Below are positions 1-10,479 of a stretch of DNA of 64,000 bases, in pieces. Each line of letters begins with the position of its first letter. Position 1 is the first letter of the stretch. The notes below the pieces were generated by a model that saw only the letters and a list, made by a program, of their open reading frames with translations, was not told the DNA's origin and searched no databases. This DNA is from Vicinamibacterales bacterium (GTDB lineage Bacteria > Acidobacteriota > Vicinamibacteria > Vicinamibacterales > SCN-69-37): the NCBI GenBank assembly GCA_041394725.1, contig JAWKHR010000008.1, positions 64,075-128,074 of the forward strand. The letters are read 5' to 3'. The translations under genes were made by a program, and so were the position numbers.

Positions 1-1547
1 TGCGCGTGTCGGATCAGGCACTCGACGAGGTGCGGGCGCATGTCCGCAGCCAGTTCGGCGACGCCTACGTGCCCGAGCAGGCGAATCGCTACAAGGTGAA
101 GGCCTCCGCGCAGGACGCGCACGAGGCGATTCGGCCGACCTCGATGGTCTACACGCCGGAATCCGTGCGCGCCCACCTGACGCCGGACCAGTTCTATCTG
201 TACCGGCTCGTGTGGAACCGGTTCGTGGCATCGCAGATGATGCCCGCGGTCTTCGACGACACGACCGTGGAAGTGACCGCCGCCGACTACCTGTTCCGCG
301 CCAAGGGATCGGTGCCGAGATTCCCCGGCTGGCAGGCGGTCTACGGCCAGGCGAGCGAGGCGGACGAGATCGCGAGCACGGAGAAGCCGGCGGCCCCCGC
401 GCAGGCCGGCGCGGCCGAGGCCGACGACGAGCTGGTCGCCGGCACCCTGCCGGCGCTCGAGCGGGGGCAGGCCCTCGACGCGCGGACGATCACGCCGGAG
501 CAGAAGTTCACGCAGCCGCCGCCCCGCTACAACGAGGGCTCGCTCGTGAAGGCGCTCGAGGAGAACGGCATCGGCCGGCCCAGCACCTACGCGTCGATCA
601 TCACGGTGCTGCAGGCCCGCGAGTACGTGAACAAGATCGAGGGCCGGTTCCGGCCCACCGTGCTCGGCCGCCGGCTCGTGGACAAGCTCCTGCACCCGGT
701 GTTCGACGATATCCTCGACATCGAGTACACGGCGCGCATGGAGGACCAGCTCGACGCGATCGAAAAGGGCGACGCGGAGTACGCCGCCACGCTCGCGAGC
801 TTCTACAAGAGCTTCGAGAAGGACCTCAAGCGGGCCGCGAAGGAGATGCCGAACTTCAAGGAAGGTCAGCCGACCGGCATCACCTGCGACAAGTGCGGCA
901 AGGGCGAGATGGTCGAGAAGGCAGGCAAGTTCGGGATCTTCCTCGCCTGCAGCCGCTATCCCGACTGCGACAACACGAAGGAGATCGAGGCGCCCGAGGC
1001 GTCCACCGAGGAGCTCGAGGAGACCTGCGAGAACTGCGGCCGCCCGATGGTCGCCAAACGCGGGCGGTTCGGGCCGTTCCTCGCCTGCACCGGCTACCCG
1101 GAGTGCAAGACCACGCGGAAGATCATCGCGACGAAGCAGGGCGTGGCCGCGGCCAAGCCGGATCAGGTGCTCGACGAGACCTGCCCGAACTGCGGCAAGA
1201 ACCTGGTCGTCAAGCAGGGCCGGTTCGGCGAGTTCACGGCGTGCACGGGCTATCCGGAGTGCAAGTACGTCAAGCTCAAGGCCACCGGCGCCAAGTGTCC
1301 CAGAGACGAGGGCGACATCGTCGAGCGGAAATCGCGGCGCGGCAAGGTCTTCTACGGCTGCGCGAACTATCCGAAGTGCGATTTCACGGTCTGGAACAAG
1401 CCCGTGCTCGAGCCGTGCCCCAAGTGCGGATGGACGTTTCTCACCGAGAAGATCACCAAGCGTCACGGCCGCCAGCTCGTCTGCGCGAACGAGTCCTGCG
1501 ACTACGTCCGCAGCGAGGAACTCGAGGAAGCGACGACAGGCGCCTGA
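1..1547 (+). CDS. topA: DNA topoisomerase I, C-terminal part (5' end lies outside the window)
   Basis: The frame is open to the window edge. Contains the type IA topoisomerase motif AQDAHEAIRPT. This is followed by five CxxC...C(x5)C zinc-ribbon modules (CDKCGKGEMV..CSRYPDC, CENCGRPMV..CTGYPEC, CPNCGKNLV..CTGYPEC, and others). Confidence 0.9.
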   Translation, partial: RVSDQALDEVRAHVRSQFGDAYVPEQANRYKVKASAQDAHEAIRPTSMVYTPESVRAHLTPDQFYLYRLVWNRFVASQMMPAVFDDTTVEVTAADYLFRAKGSVPRFPGWQAVYGQASEADEIASTEKPAAPAQAGAAEADDELVAGTLPALERGQALDARTITPEQKFTQPPPRYNEGSLVKALEENGIGRPSTYASIITVLQAREYVNKIEGRFRPTVLGRRLVDKLLHPVFDDILDIEYTARMEDQLDAIEKGDAEYAATLASFYKSFEKDLKRAAKEMPNFKEGQPTGITCDKCGKGEMVEKAGKFGIFLACSRYPDCDNTKEIEAPEASTEELEETCENCGRPMVAKRGRFGPFLACTGYPECKTTRKIIATKQGVAAAKPDQVLDETCPNCGKNLVVKQGRFGEFTACTGYPECKYVKLKATGAKCPRDEGDIVERKSRRGKVFYGCANYPKCDFTVWNKPVLEPCPKCGWTFLTEKITKRHGRQLVCANESCDYVRSEELEEATTGA

Positions 1548-1552
1548 GGACC

Positions 1553-1653
1553 GGGCACCGGGCAGTGGGCGTCAGGCATTGGGCACTGGGGGGCTCCGCC
1601 GCCGGACGCCGGACGCCGAACGCCGGGAGCTGAAGGCCGAACGCCTGGAGCCG
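1553..1653. repeat. Two abutting degenerate heptamer arrays (GGGCANN x5-6, then RACGCCG-like x8)
   Basis: gggcacc gggcagt gggcgtc aggcatt gggcact ggg..., then gccgccg gacgccg gacgccg aacgccg ggagctg aaggccg aacgcct ggagccg. Confidence 0.5.
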
Positions 1654-1664
1654 GGTATGATCCG

Positions 1665-3101
1665 GTGATGATACGCATCGTCGGTGGCGGCCTGGCGGGG
1701 TGTGAGGCGGCCTGGCAGGCGGCGTCGCGCGGCGTGCCGGTGACGCTGCACGAAATGCGGCCACTGCGGCCCACCGCCGTGCACCAGACGGACCGGCTGG
1801 CCGAGCTGGTCTGCTCGAATTCCTTCCGCGGCGACAAGCTGGACAACGCGGTGGGACTCCTCAAGGAAGAGATGCGGCGGCTCGGCTCGCTCGTGATGCG
1901 GGTGGCCGACGGCGTGCGCGTACCGGCCGGCGCGGCGCTCGCCGTCGATCGCCAGGCGTTTGCCGAGCGCATGACCCGCGCGATCGAGTCGCAGCCGCTG
2001 ATCCGGATCGAGCGCGGCGAGGTGCCGGGGATTCCCGCCGGTTCGTCCCGGGCACCGGTGATCATCGCCACGGGCCCGCTGACGTCGGACGCGCTCTCGG
2101 CCGACATCGCGGCGTTCGTCGGCCGCGATCACCTGGCCTTCTTCGACGCGATCAGCCCGATCGTCCTCGCCGAGTCGATCGACATGACGCGCGTCTTCCG
2201 GCAGTCGCGCTGGGATCGGAGCCTGCGCGGGGCGGGCCCGGATGTTGGTGCCGGGCGTGGCGCCGAGGCCGGCCCGGAGGCGGGCGGCACGCCGGGCGCC
2301 GCGGCCGTCCCGCGGGACCCGGGCACGCCGGACGCCGGGGAAGGCGACTACCTGAACTGTCCGTTCACCGAGGCGGAGTACCGGGCGTTCCACGACGCCG
2401 TCGTGGCGGCGGAGAAGGCGGCGGTGCACGACTTCGACCGCACGCCGTTCTTCGAGGGGTGCCTGCCCATCGAGGTGATGGCGCATCGCGGCGTGGACAC
2501 GCTGCGATTCGGGCCGATGAAGCCGGCCGGCCTTCGTGATCCCCGGACGGGCCGGCGGCCGTACGCGGTCGTCCAGCTCCGACAGGACACGCTGGCCGGC
2601 GATCACTTCAGCCTCGTCGGCTTCCAGACGCAGATCAAGTGGGGCGAGCAGGCGCGGGTGCTGCGGATGATCCCCGGGCTCGAGCGCGCGGAGTTCGTGC
2701 GGTTCGGGATGATTCACCGCAACACGTACATCAACGCCCCGACGATCCTGGCGCCGACGTGGCAGACGCGGCCGCGTCCGGACCTGTTCTTCGCGGGCCA
2801 GGTGTCCGGCGTCGAGGGCTACGTGGAGTCGGCGGCCTCGGGGCTCATTGCCGGCCGCAACGCGGCGCGCCTCGTGCTCGGGCTGCCGCCGGTCGCGCCG
2901 CCGCGGACGACGGCGATCGGCGCGCTCGGGCACTACATCACGCACGCCGATCCGCGGCACTACCAGCCGACGAACATCACGTTCGGCATCATCGAGCCGC
3001 TGCCGTCGCCGCCGCGCGGCCGCCCCGAACGCGCGCGGGCGACGAGCGAGCGGGCGCTGGCCGACCTCGAGGCCTGGGCGGCCGACGAGGTGCCCGCGTG
3101 A
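1665..3101 (+). CDS. trmFO: Methylenetetrahydrofolate--tRNA-(uracil-5-)-methyltransferase TrmFO (Gid)
   Basis: N-terminal FAD-binding motif IVGGGLAGCEAAW. Also DYLNCP and FFAGQVSGVEGYVESAASG, giving a full-length TrmFO-like layout. Start is GTG 1665 or ATG 1668. Confidence 0.9.
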   Translation: MMIRIVGGGLAGCEAAWQAASRGVPVTLHEMRPLRPTAVHQTDRLAELVCSNSFRGDKLDNAVGLLKEEMRRLGSLVMRVADGVRVPAGAALAVDRQAFAERMTRAIESQPLIRIERGEVPGIPAGSSRAPVIIATGPLTSDALSADIAAFVGRDHLAFFDAISPIVLAESIDMTRVFRQSRWDRSLRGAGPDVGAGRGAEAGPEAGGTPGAAAVPRDPGTPDAGEGDYLNCPFTEAEYRAFHDAVVAAEKAAVHDFDRTPFFEGCLPIEVMAHRGVDTLRFGPMKPAGLRDPRTGRRPYAVVQLRQDTLAGDHFSLVGFQTQIKWGEQARVLRMIPGLERAEFVRFGMIHRNTYINAPTILAPTWQTRPRPDLFFAGQVSGVEGYVESAASGLIAGRNAARLVLGLPPVAPPRTTAIGALGHYITHADPRHYQPTNITFGIIEPLPSPPRGRPERARATSERALADLEAWAADEVPA

Positions 3102-3132
3102 GCGCCCGGGTCGCGGCCGACGAGGTGTCCGC

Positions 3133-4137
3133 GTGAGCCGTCGCGGCGCGACGCCGGATCCCGGCCTGCGCGACGGGGTGCGCGAGTTCGTCGAGTTCCT
3201 GCGCCTCAACCGGAACGCCTCGGCGCACACCGTGCGCGCCTACGACACCGACCTGCGGCTGCTCGTCGAGTCGATCGCGGCCACGTCCGGCCGGCGTCCG
3301 AGCGAGCTGCCGATCGAGGCGTTCGACGCCGACGCGGTGCGCGACTTCCTCGCCGACCTGCATGCGCGCGGCCAGCGCCGGTCATCCTCGGCGCGACGAC
3401 TCGCGGCCGTCCGCGCGTTCGCGCGCTACCTGGTGCGCGAGGGCCGGCTTGCCGAGGACCCGACCGTGCTCGTCGGCGCGCCGCGGCGCGAGAAGACGCT
3501 GCCGGCGCATCTTGGCGGCGCGGAGATGGACCGCCTGCTGCGCACCGCGGACGTCGAAACGGTGGCCGGCCGGCGCGACCAGGCGATCCTGGAGCTGTTC
3601 TACGCGTCGGGGCTGCGGTTGAGCGAGCTGGTCGGGCTCGACCTCGAGGACGTGAACCTGCCGGGCCGGGTCGTCCGCGTGCTGGGCAAGGGGCGCAAGG
3701 AGCGGCTCGTGCCGTTCAACACGTCGACCGCCGGGGCGCTCCGGGCGATGCTCGCCGATCCCCGCCCGGCCGCGCCGGTGTCGTCACGCGGCGGTCGGCA
3801 CGGCCGCCGGCGGACGCCGCTGTTCCTGAATCTGCGGGGCGCGCGCCTGACGACCCGAAGCGTCGATCGCCTGGTGCGGCGGCACGCGCGCGCGGCGGGG
3901 ATCCCGTCCGGTGTCAGTCCGCATGCGCTGCGGCACACGTTCGCCACGCACCTGTTGCAGGCTGGCGCGGACCTGCGTGCCATCCAGGAGCTGCTCGGCC
4001 ACGCGCAGCTCGGCACGACGCAGCGCTACACGCATCTCGACCTGGGCCGGCTGCAGGAGGTGTACAGAAAGGCCCACCCGCGTGCCCGGGGGCACGCGAG
4101 TGGGAAGGTGGTGGAGGGATTGATGGAGAGGGATTAG
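3133..4137 (+). CDS. xerC: Tyrosine site-specific recombinase, XerC/XerD family
   Basis: Core-binding region FLRLNRNASAHTVRAYDTDL. Catalytic region HALRHTFATHLL...LLGHAQLGTTQRYTH. I chose the in-frame GTG at 3133, because the ORF-track start at 2848 lies inside trmFO. Confidence 0.85.
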   Translation: MSRRGATPDPGLRDGVREFVEFLRLNRNASAHTVRAYDTDLRLLVESIAATSGRRPSELPIEAFDADAVRDFLADLHARGQRRSSSARRLAAVRAFARYLVREGRLAEDPTVLVGAPRREKTLPAHLGGAEMDRLLRTADVETVAGRRDQAILELFYASGLRLSELVGLDLEDVNLPGRVVRVLGKGRKERLVPFNTSTAGALRAMLADPRPAAPVSSRGGRHGRRRTPLFLNLRGARLTTRSVDRLVRRHARAAGIPSGVSPHALRHTFATHLLQAGADLRAIQELLGHAQLGTTQRYTHLDLGRLQEVYRKAHPRARGHASGKVVEGLMERD

Positions 4138-5540
4138 GACGTGGTCATCGGTTCCGCCATCACCCTGCGGCTGCGCGGAATTTCGATGTTCAGGATCTTG
4201 ATCTTGTAGTTCATGACGCGCGGGCTGATGCCGAGCAGCTCCGCCGCGTCCTTCTGCACCCAGTTGGACATCTTGAGTGCCTCGATCACGGCCTGCCGCT
4301 CGATCTCCTCGAGCGGGATGCCGGTCGGCGGGATCTTCACCACCGACTGGCGCTCGCCGTTGGCCGACGGGGCCGCCTGGTCGCCGATCTGCAGGTCGCC
4401 GACGCCGATCGTCGGGGTCTCGGCGAGCAGCACCGCGCGCTCGATGACGTTCTCCAGTTCGCGGATGTTGCCGGGCCAGTTGTGGCGCATCAGCACCTTC
4501 TGCGCCTCGGGGTGGATGCCCTCGACCTTCTTCTTGAGCTCGCTCGAGAAGCGCCGCACGAAGAACTCGGCCAGCGCCCCGATGTCGTCCTTGCGCTCGC
4601 GCAGCGGCGGCATGTCCACCGAGACGACGTTCAGGCGGTAGTAGAGGTCCTCGCGGAACCGGCCCTCCTGTACCATCTGGCTCAGGTTGCGGTTGGTCGC
4701 GGCGATGACGCGGACGTCCACGTGCAGCGTGCGGGTGCCGCCGAGCCGCTCGAACTCCTGTTCCTGGAGCACGCGGAGGATCTTGGCCTGCGTGCTCTGG
4801 CTCATGTCGCCGACCTCGTCGAGGAACAGCGTGCCGCCGTCGGCCTGCTCGAACCGGCCGATGCGCTGCTTGTCGGCGCTCGTGAAGGCGCCCTTCTCGT
4901 GGCCGAAGAGCTCCGACTCCAGCAGGTTCTCCTGCAGCGCGGCGCAGTTGACCCGGACGAACGCGCGGTTCACGCGGGGCGAGTTGTGGTGGATGGCGCC
5001 GGCGATGAGCTCCTTGCCCGTGCCCGTTTCGCCGCGGATGAGCACGGTCGAGTTCGCCCGCGCCACCTTCTTGACGATTGTCAGCACCTGGTTCAGCGCG
5101 CCGCTCGCGCCCACGATCCGGTCGAAGTCGTAGAGGTCCTGCTGCTCCGTACGGAGGTAGTCCACCTGGTGCTTCAGGTGCCGGAGCTCGATCGCCTTCT
5201 CGATCTTCAGCTCCATCTCCTCGATCTCGAACGGCTTCTGGACGAAGTCGAACGCGCCGATCTTCATCGCCTCGACGGCGGTGTGGATCGACCCGAAGGC
5301 CGTCATCAGGATGACCGCGGCGCTCGGCTGGATCGACCGGGTCGTCCGGAGCACGTCCATGCCGTCGGCGCCGCCCATGCGCAGGTCGGTCAGCACGACG
5401 TCGAACTGGCTGTCCTGCAGCCGTTCGATCGCCACGGTGCCGTTCGGCGCCTCCTCGACGTCGTGTCCGGCGTTGGTGAGCGCGCGGACGAGGCCCTTGC
5501 GCAGCGAGTCGTGGTCGTCAACAACGAGAATGCGGCCCAT
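4134..5540 (-). CDS. Sigma-54-dependent response regulator (NtrC family enhancer-binding protein)
   Basis: REC domain ([11 protein letters not shown]...DLRMGGADG). AAA+ Walker [10 protein letters not shown]. Sigma-54 contact loop [13 protein letters not shown] (a GAFTGA variant). C-terminal Fis-type HTH ([17 protein letters not shown]). Confidence 0.9.
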   Translation of the reverse strand: MGRILVVDDHDSLRKGLVRALTNAGHDVEEAPNGTVAIERLQDSQFDVVLTDLRMGGADGMDVLRTTRSIQPSAAVILMTAFGSIHTAVEAMKIGAFDFVQKPFEIEEMELKIEKAIELRHLKHQVDYLRTEQQDLYDFDRIVGASGALNQVLTIVKKVARANSTVLIRGETGTGKELIAGAIHHNSPRVNRAFVRVNCAALQENLLESELFGHEKGAFTSADKQRIGRFEQADGGTLFLDEVGDMSQSTQAKILRVLQEQEFERLGGTRTLHVDVRVIAATNRNLSQMVQEGRFREDLYYRLNVVSVDMPPLRERKDDIGALAEFFVRRFSSELKKKVEGIHPEAQKVLMRHNWPGNIRELENVIERAVLLAETPTIGVGDLQIGDQAAPSANGERQSVVKIPPTGIPLEEIERQAVIEALKMSNWVQKDAAELLGISPRVMNYKIKILNIEIPRSRRVMAEPMTTS

Positions 5541-6772
5541 TACGGTCTCTCCATGCTCCTGGCGGACGGCACCACGGGCAGCGTGACCCGGAAGGTCGCG
5601 CCGCGCCCCGGCGCCGAAACGGCGTCAATCCTGCCTTCGTGCGCGTCGATCACCTTGCGCACGATGGCGAGCCCCAGCCCCGTGCCCTGCGGCTTGGTCG
5701 TGAAGAACGGGCTGAAGATGCGTTCGAGGTCCTCGGCCGAGATGCCCGGCCCGTTGTCCCGGACCTCGACCACCACCTGCGGCGGGTCGGGATCCGCGGC
5801 CGGCGCCAGCGACTCGTCCACCGGCACCAGGCTCCCCCGAATCTCGATGTGGCCCTCGCCGCCGAGCGCCTCGAAGCCGTTCGCCAGCAGGTTCGAGAAC
5901 AGCTGGCGCAGCTGGTGCGAGTCGGCGAGCAGGTCCGGCACGTCGGCGTCGAGCGTCGTCGCGATCGTGACCGCGCCGCGCCGGCGCTTGCCCTCGGCCA
6001 GCGTGATCGCGTCCTTGATGGTCTCCTCGAGCGACACGCGCTCGACCTGCAGCTGGATCGGCCGGACGAACTCCAGGACCTCGACGACGATCGCGTTCGC
6101 CATCTTGGCTTCCTTGATGATGTCGTCGAGCGTCTCGAGCGCCTCGGTCTGGTCGCTCAGCTGCCGCTTCATCACGCCCGCCATCACCTCGATGCTGGCG
6201 AGCGGGTTCTTGACCTCGTGCGCGATGGCGGCCGCCATCTCGCCGAGCGCCATCAGGCGGTCGCGCAGCCGCTCGCGCTCCTCCATCTGCTCGACCCGCG
6301 TGAGGTCCTTGAAGAACAGGGTCGCGCCGATGATGCTGTCGTCGTCGTCGTGGATGTGGGAGAGCGTGTAGCCGATCGCGCGGCCCGTCTTGCGCAGGCG
6401 CATCTCGGCGCGGTTCGGCAGGTCGTCGCTGTCGAAGGCCTCCTGCAGCACCCGGCAGACGTCCGGGTAGTCCTGGAGGACCTCCACGAAGGGCCGGCCC
6501 AGGTCGCCCGCATGGGTCGCCAGCCCGAGCACCCGGTAGGCCATGTCGTTCATGGCCGCGATGCGGCCGTCGCGGTAGATCGAGAGGACGCCGGTGCGCA
6601 GGTTGAGCACCAGCTGCCGGAAGAACCGGTCGTCCTGCGTGCCGGCCTGCGCCCCGCGCGCGGGGGGCGGAAGCTCGGCCGCCGCCACGCCAGACGTCAT
6701 GCGAGCCGTGCGAGCCGTCCCTGAACGCGCCATTCCCATCTCCACACCACCAGCCGCCATGAACGAAGGCAA
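5540..6772 (-). CDS. Soluble PAS-domain sensor histidine kinase
   Basis: H-box AAAIAHEVKNPLASI, N-box LLANGFEA, G1 VRDNGPGI, G2 GTGLGLAIV. No transmembrane segment. Its stop overlaps the start of the downstream response regulator. The start is uncertain: the track uses TTG 6772, and in-frame ATGs occur at 6760, 6739 and 6733. Confidence 0.85.
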   Translation of the reverse strand: MPSFMAAGGVEMGMARSGTARTARMTSGVAAAELPPPARGAQAGTQDDRFFRQLVLNLRTGVLSIYRDGRIAAMNDMAYRVLGLATHAGDLGRPFVEVLQDYPDVCRVLQEAFDSDDLPNRAEMRLRKTGRAIGYTLSHIHDDDDSIIGATLFFKDLTRVEQMEERERLRDRLMALGEMAAAIAHEVKNPLASIEVMAGVMKRQLSDQTEALETLDDIIKEAKMANAIVVEVLEFVRPIQLQVERVSLEETIKDAITLAEGKRRRGAVTIATTLDADVPDLLADSHQLRQLFSNLLANGFEALGGEGHIEIRGSLVPVDESLAPAADPDPPQVVVEVRDNGPGISAEDLERIFSPFFTTKPQGTGLGLAIVRKVIDAHEGRIDAVSAPGRGATFRVTLPVVPSARSMERP

Positions 6773-6783
6773 GGCCTGTACCC
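6768..6783 (-). promoter_or_regulatory. Candidate sigma-54 (-24/-12) promoter of the kinase/EBP operon
   Basis: The minus strand reads GGGTAC-AGGCC-TTGCC. GG and GC are exactly 12 nt apart (consensus TGGCAC-N5-TTGCW). Confidence 0.3.
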
Positions 6784-6856
6784 ACTCTGGAAACCCACGT
6801 TTCGAACAAAAACGTGAGTCATCGGGCCGGAGGGCAGGGAAAGACTAGCGCACTTG

Positions 6857-6884
6857 ATTACAAAAACAGCCGCGAATTACAAAA
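6857..6884. repeat. Direct repeat ATTACAAAA x2 (19-nt period) in an AT-rich island
   Basis: gATTACAAAAacagccgcgaATTACAAAAtcg. It lies about 90-115 nt upstream of the candidate -12 element and stands out against the GC-rich background. Confidence 0.6.
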
Positions 6885-6887
6885 TCG

Positions 6888-8927
<2,040 letters not shown>

Positions 8928-9015
8928 GCGGCAGGTCGAGCGGGCGGGGCGGCCGTGCGGGCTGCCCGGCCCCGGAGGCACCGGACCACCTGGCGGCGGC
9001 CCGCGGGTTCGGAAA

Positions 9016-9582
9016 TCAGAGACTGACCTGGTCGGCTGGTGGCGGACCGCCGAAGGCCCGGTCCACTTCGGACACGATCTTCGGCAGGCGGAACGGTTTC
9101 GTCAGGTAGCCGCACACACCGAGGTTGATGGCCTCGATCGCCGAGGCTTCCGTCGAGTAGCCGGTAATGATGATGATCGGCAGGTCCATCGACGAGCGAC
9201 GCGCCTCGCGGATGACCGACAGGCCGTCCATGCCCGGCATCTTCAGGTCCGTGATGAGCAGGTCGTACTGATGGTCGCGAAGCCGCGCCACGGCGGCCGC
9301 GCCGTCGGTGGCGGTCTCGACCTCGTACATGGCGTTGGTGAGTGTCTTCGCCACGAGTTCCCGCACGGACTCTTCGTCGTCGACCACGAGCACCCGGCGC
9401 GTGCGGCGCGTGCGGGGCAGCAGCCACCGCTCGACCTCATGCCGGTGGAATCGCCACTGGCGCCCCACGCGATGCGCCGGCAGGCCCTGGTTCCGGATCA
9501 GGCGGTACACCGTCCGGAGGTTCACCTGGAGGAGCTTCTGGACCTCCTCCGTCGTCATGAGTCCTTCGTTGTTCTCGTGCAT
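9016..9582 (-). CDS. Response regulator with an N-terminal excisionase/MerR-type HTH followed by a REC domain
   Basis: HTH: TTEEVQKLLQVNLRTVYRLIRNQGLPAHRVGRQWRF. REC: VLVVDDEESVRE...DLLITDLKMPGMDG...LTKPF. Start chosen at ATG 9582, which follows a GGAG. Alternatives are 9627 and 9558. Confidence 0.8.
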   Translation of the reverse strand: MHENNEGLMTTEEVQKLLQVNLRTVYRLIRNQGLPAHRVGRQWRFHRHEVERWLLPRTRRTRRVLVVDDEESVRELVAKTLTNAMYEVETATDGAAAVARLRDHQYDLLITDLKMPGMDGLSVIREARRSSMDLPIIIITGYSTEASAIEAINLGVCGYLTKPFRLPKIVSEVDRAFGGPPPADQVSL

Positions 9583-9834
9583 GCGACTCCGGTGCAGGCT
9601 CGGCCGGGACAGTGTAGCATCTTGCACATCCCGGCCACCCTGTTCCCGGAGCTTGGACTCCGGGGCGGCCCCCGGGGTTCCACGCCGCGCCCACGCCGAT
9701 CCGGGCCGCGGGAGGAGCCCGGGGGGTGGTGCCCGGGTACCGACTGGCAGGGGCGTTGTGCCGTCTAAGCTGACAGAACGGGGCGTGATGGCTTCCGGGC
9801 CGCGCGTTCCGGGACGTCCCGGGGCCCCGAGGCC

Positions 9835-10464
9835 GTGAAGGCCTCACAACAGGGATTGATGCAGCGTACCGACGAGGATCTCGTCGCCCTCGCCACGGCG
9901 GGCGACCTGGAGGCGTTCAACCAGCTGGTCGCCCGCTGGGAGCGGCCGATCTACGCCCTCGCCTATCGGACGCTGGGTCGGGAAGAGGACGCGCGCGACG
10001 TCGTCCAGGACGCCTTTCTCCGGGCCTACCGCGGCCTGAAGGGATTCAAGGGCCAGGCCAAGTTCTCCTCCTGGCTGTACCGCATCACCCTGAACCTCTG
10101 CCGCGACTGGATCCGGCGGGAACGCCGCGCGCCGATCGTGCAGACGCCGGAGGGGACCGACGCGGTCGATCTGGTGGACAGCCACAGCGATCCCGACGAA
10201 TCGGTCGAGGAGCTGGTGGCGCGGCGGGAGATGTCGGCGGCCGTCGCGCGGGCGATGGCCGAGCTGCCCGAGGAGCAGCGCACCGCCATCATGCTGAAGG
10301 AGTATCACGGGCTCACGTTCCAGGAAATCGCGGACACGCTCGATTGCCCGCTGAGCACCGTGAAGACGCGCCTCTACCAGGGGCTGTCGGTTCTTCGGCG
10401 CCGTCTGGAGCGGCGGCAGGCCGAGGAAGCCAGCCTCCGGCGGGCGACGTGGGAAAGCAGTTAG
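9835..10464 (+). CDS. ECF (group IV) RNA polymerase sigma factor
   Basis: Region 2 (DVVQDAFLRAYRGL) and region 4 HTH (FQEIADTLDCPLSTVKTRLYQG). Start is GTG 9835 or ATG 9859. Confidence 0.85.
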   Translation: MKASQQGLMQRTDEDLVALATAGDLEAFNQLVARWERPIYALAYRTLGREEDARDVVQDAFLRAYRGLKGFKGQAKFSSWLYRITLNLCRDWIRRERRAPIVQTPEGTDAVDLVDSHSDPDESVEELVARREMSAAVARAMAELPEEQRTAIMLKEYHGLTFQEIADTLDCPLSTVKTRLYQGLSVLRRRLERRQAEEASLRRATWESS

Positions 10465-10479
10465 TCCGGTATCGCAGGG

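Noticed and set aside
3133-4137. The tyrosine recombinase gene as a marker of an integrated mobile element or integron.
   Set aside because: It sits in the conserved topA-trmFO-xerC context and has XerC/D-type catalytic and core-binding motifs. I saw no attC/attI-like sites, cargo cassettes, phage genes or flanking direct repeats.
9700-9834. A search for an autoregulated ECF promoter (GGAAC-N16/17-CGTC/TCTAA) upstream of the ECF sigma gene.
   Set aside because: A CGTCTAA string exists (~9761-9767), but the sequence 16-17 nt upstream (GGTACCGACT) does not give a convincing GGAAC -35 box. The evidence is too weak to annotate.
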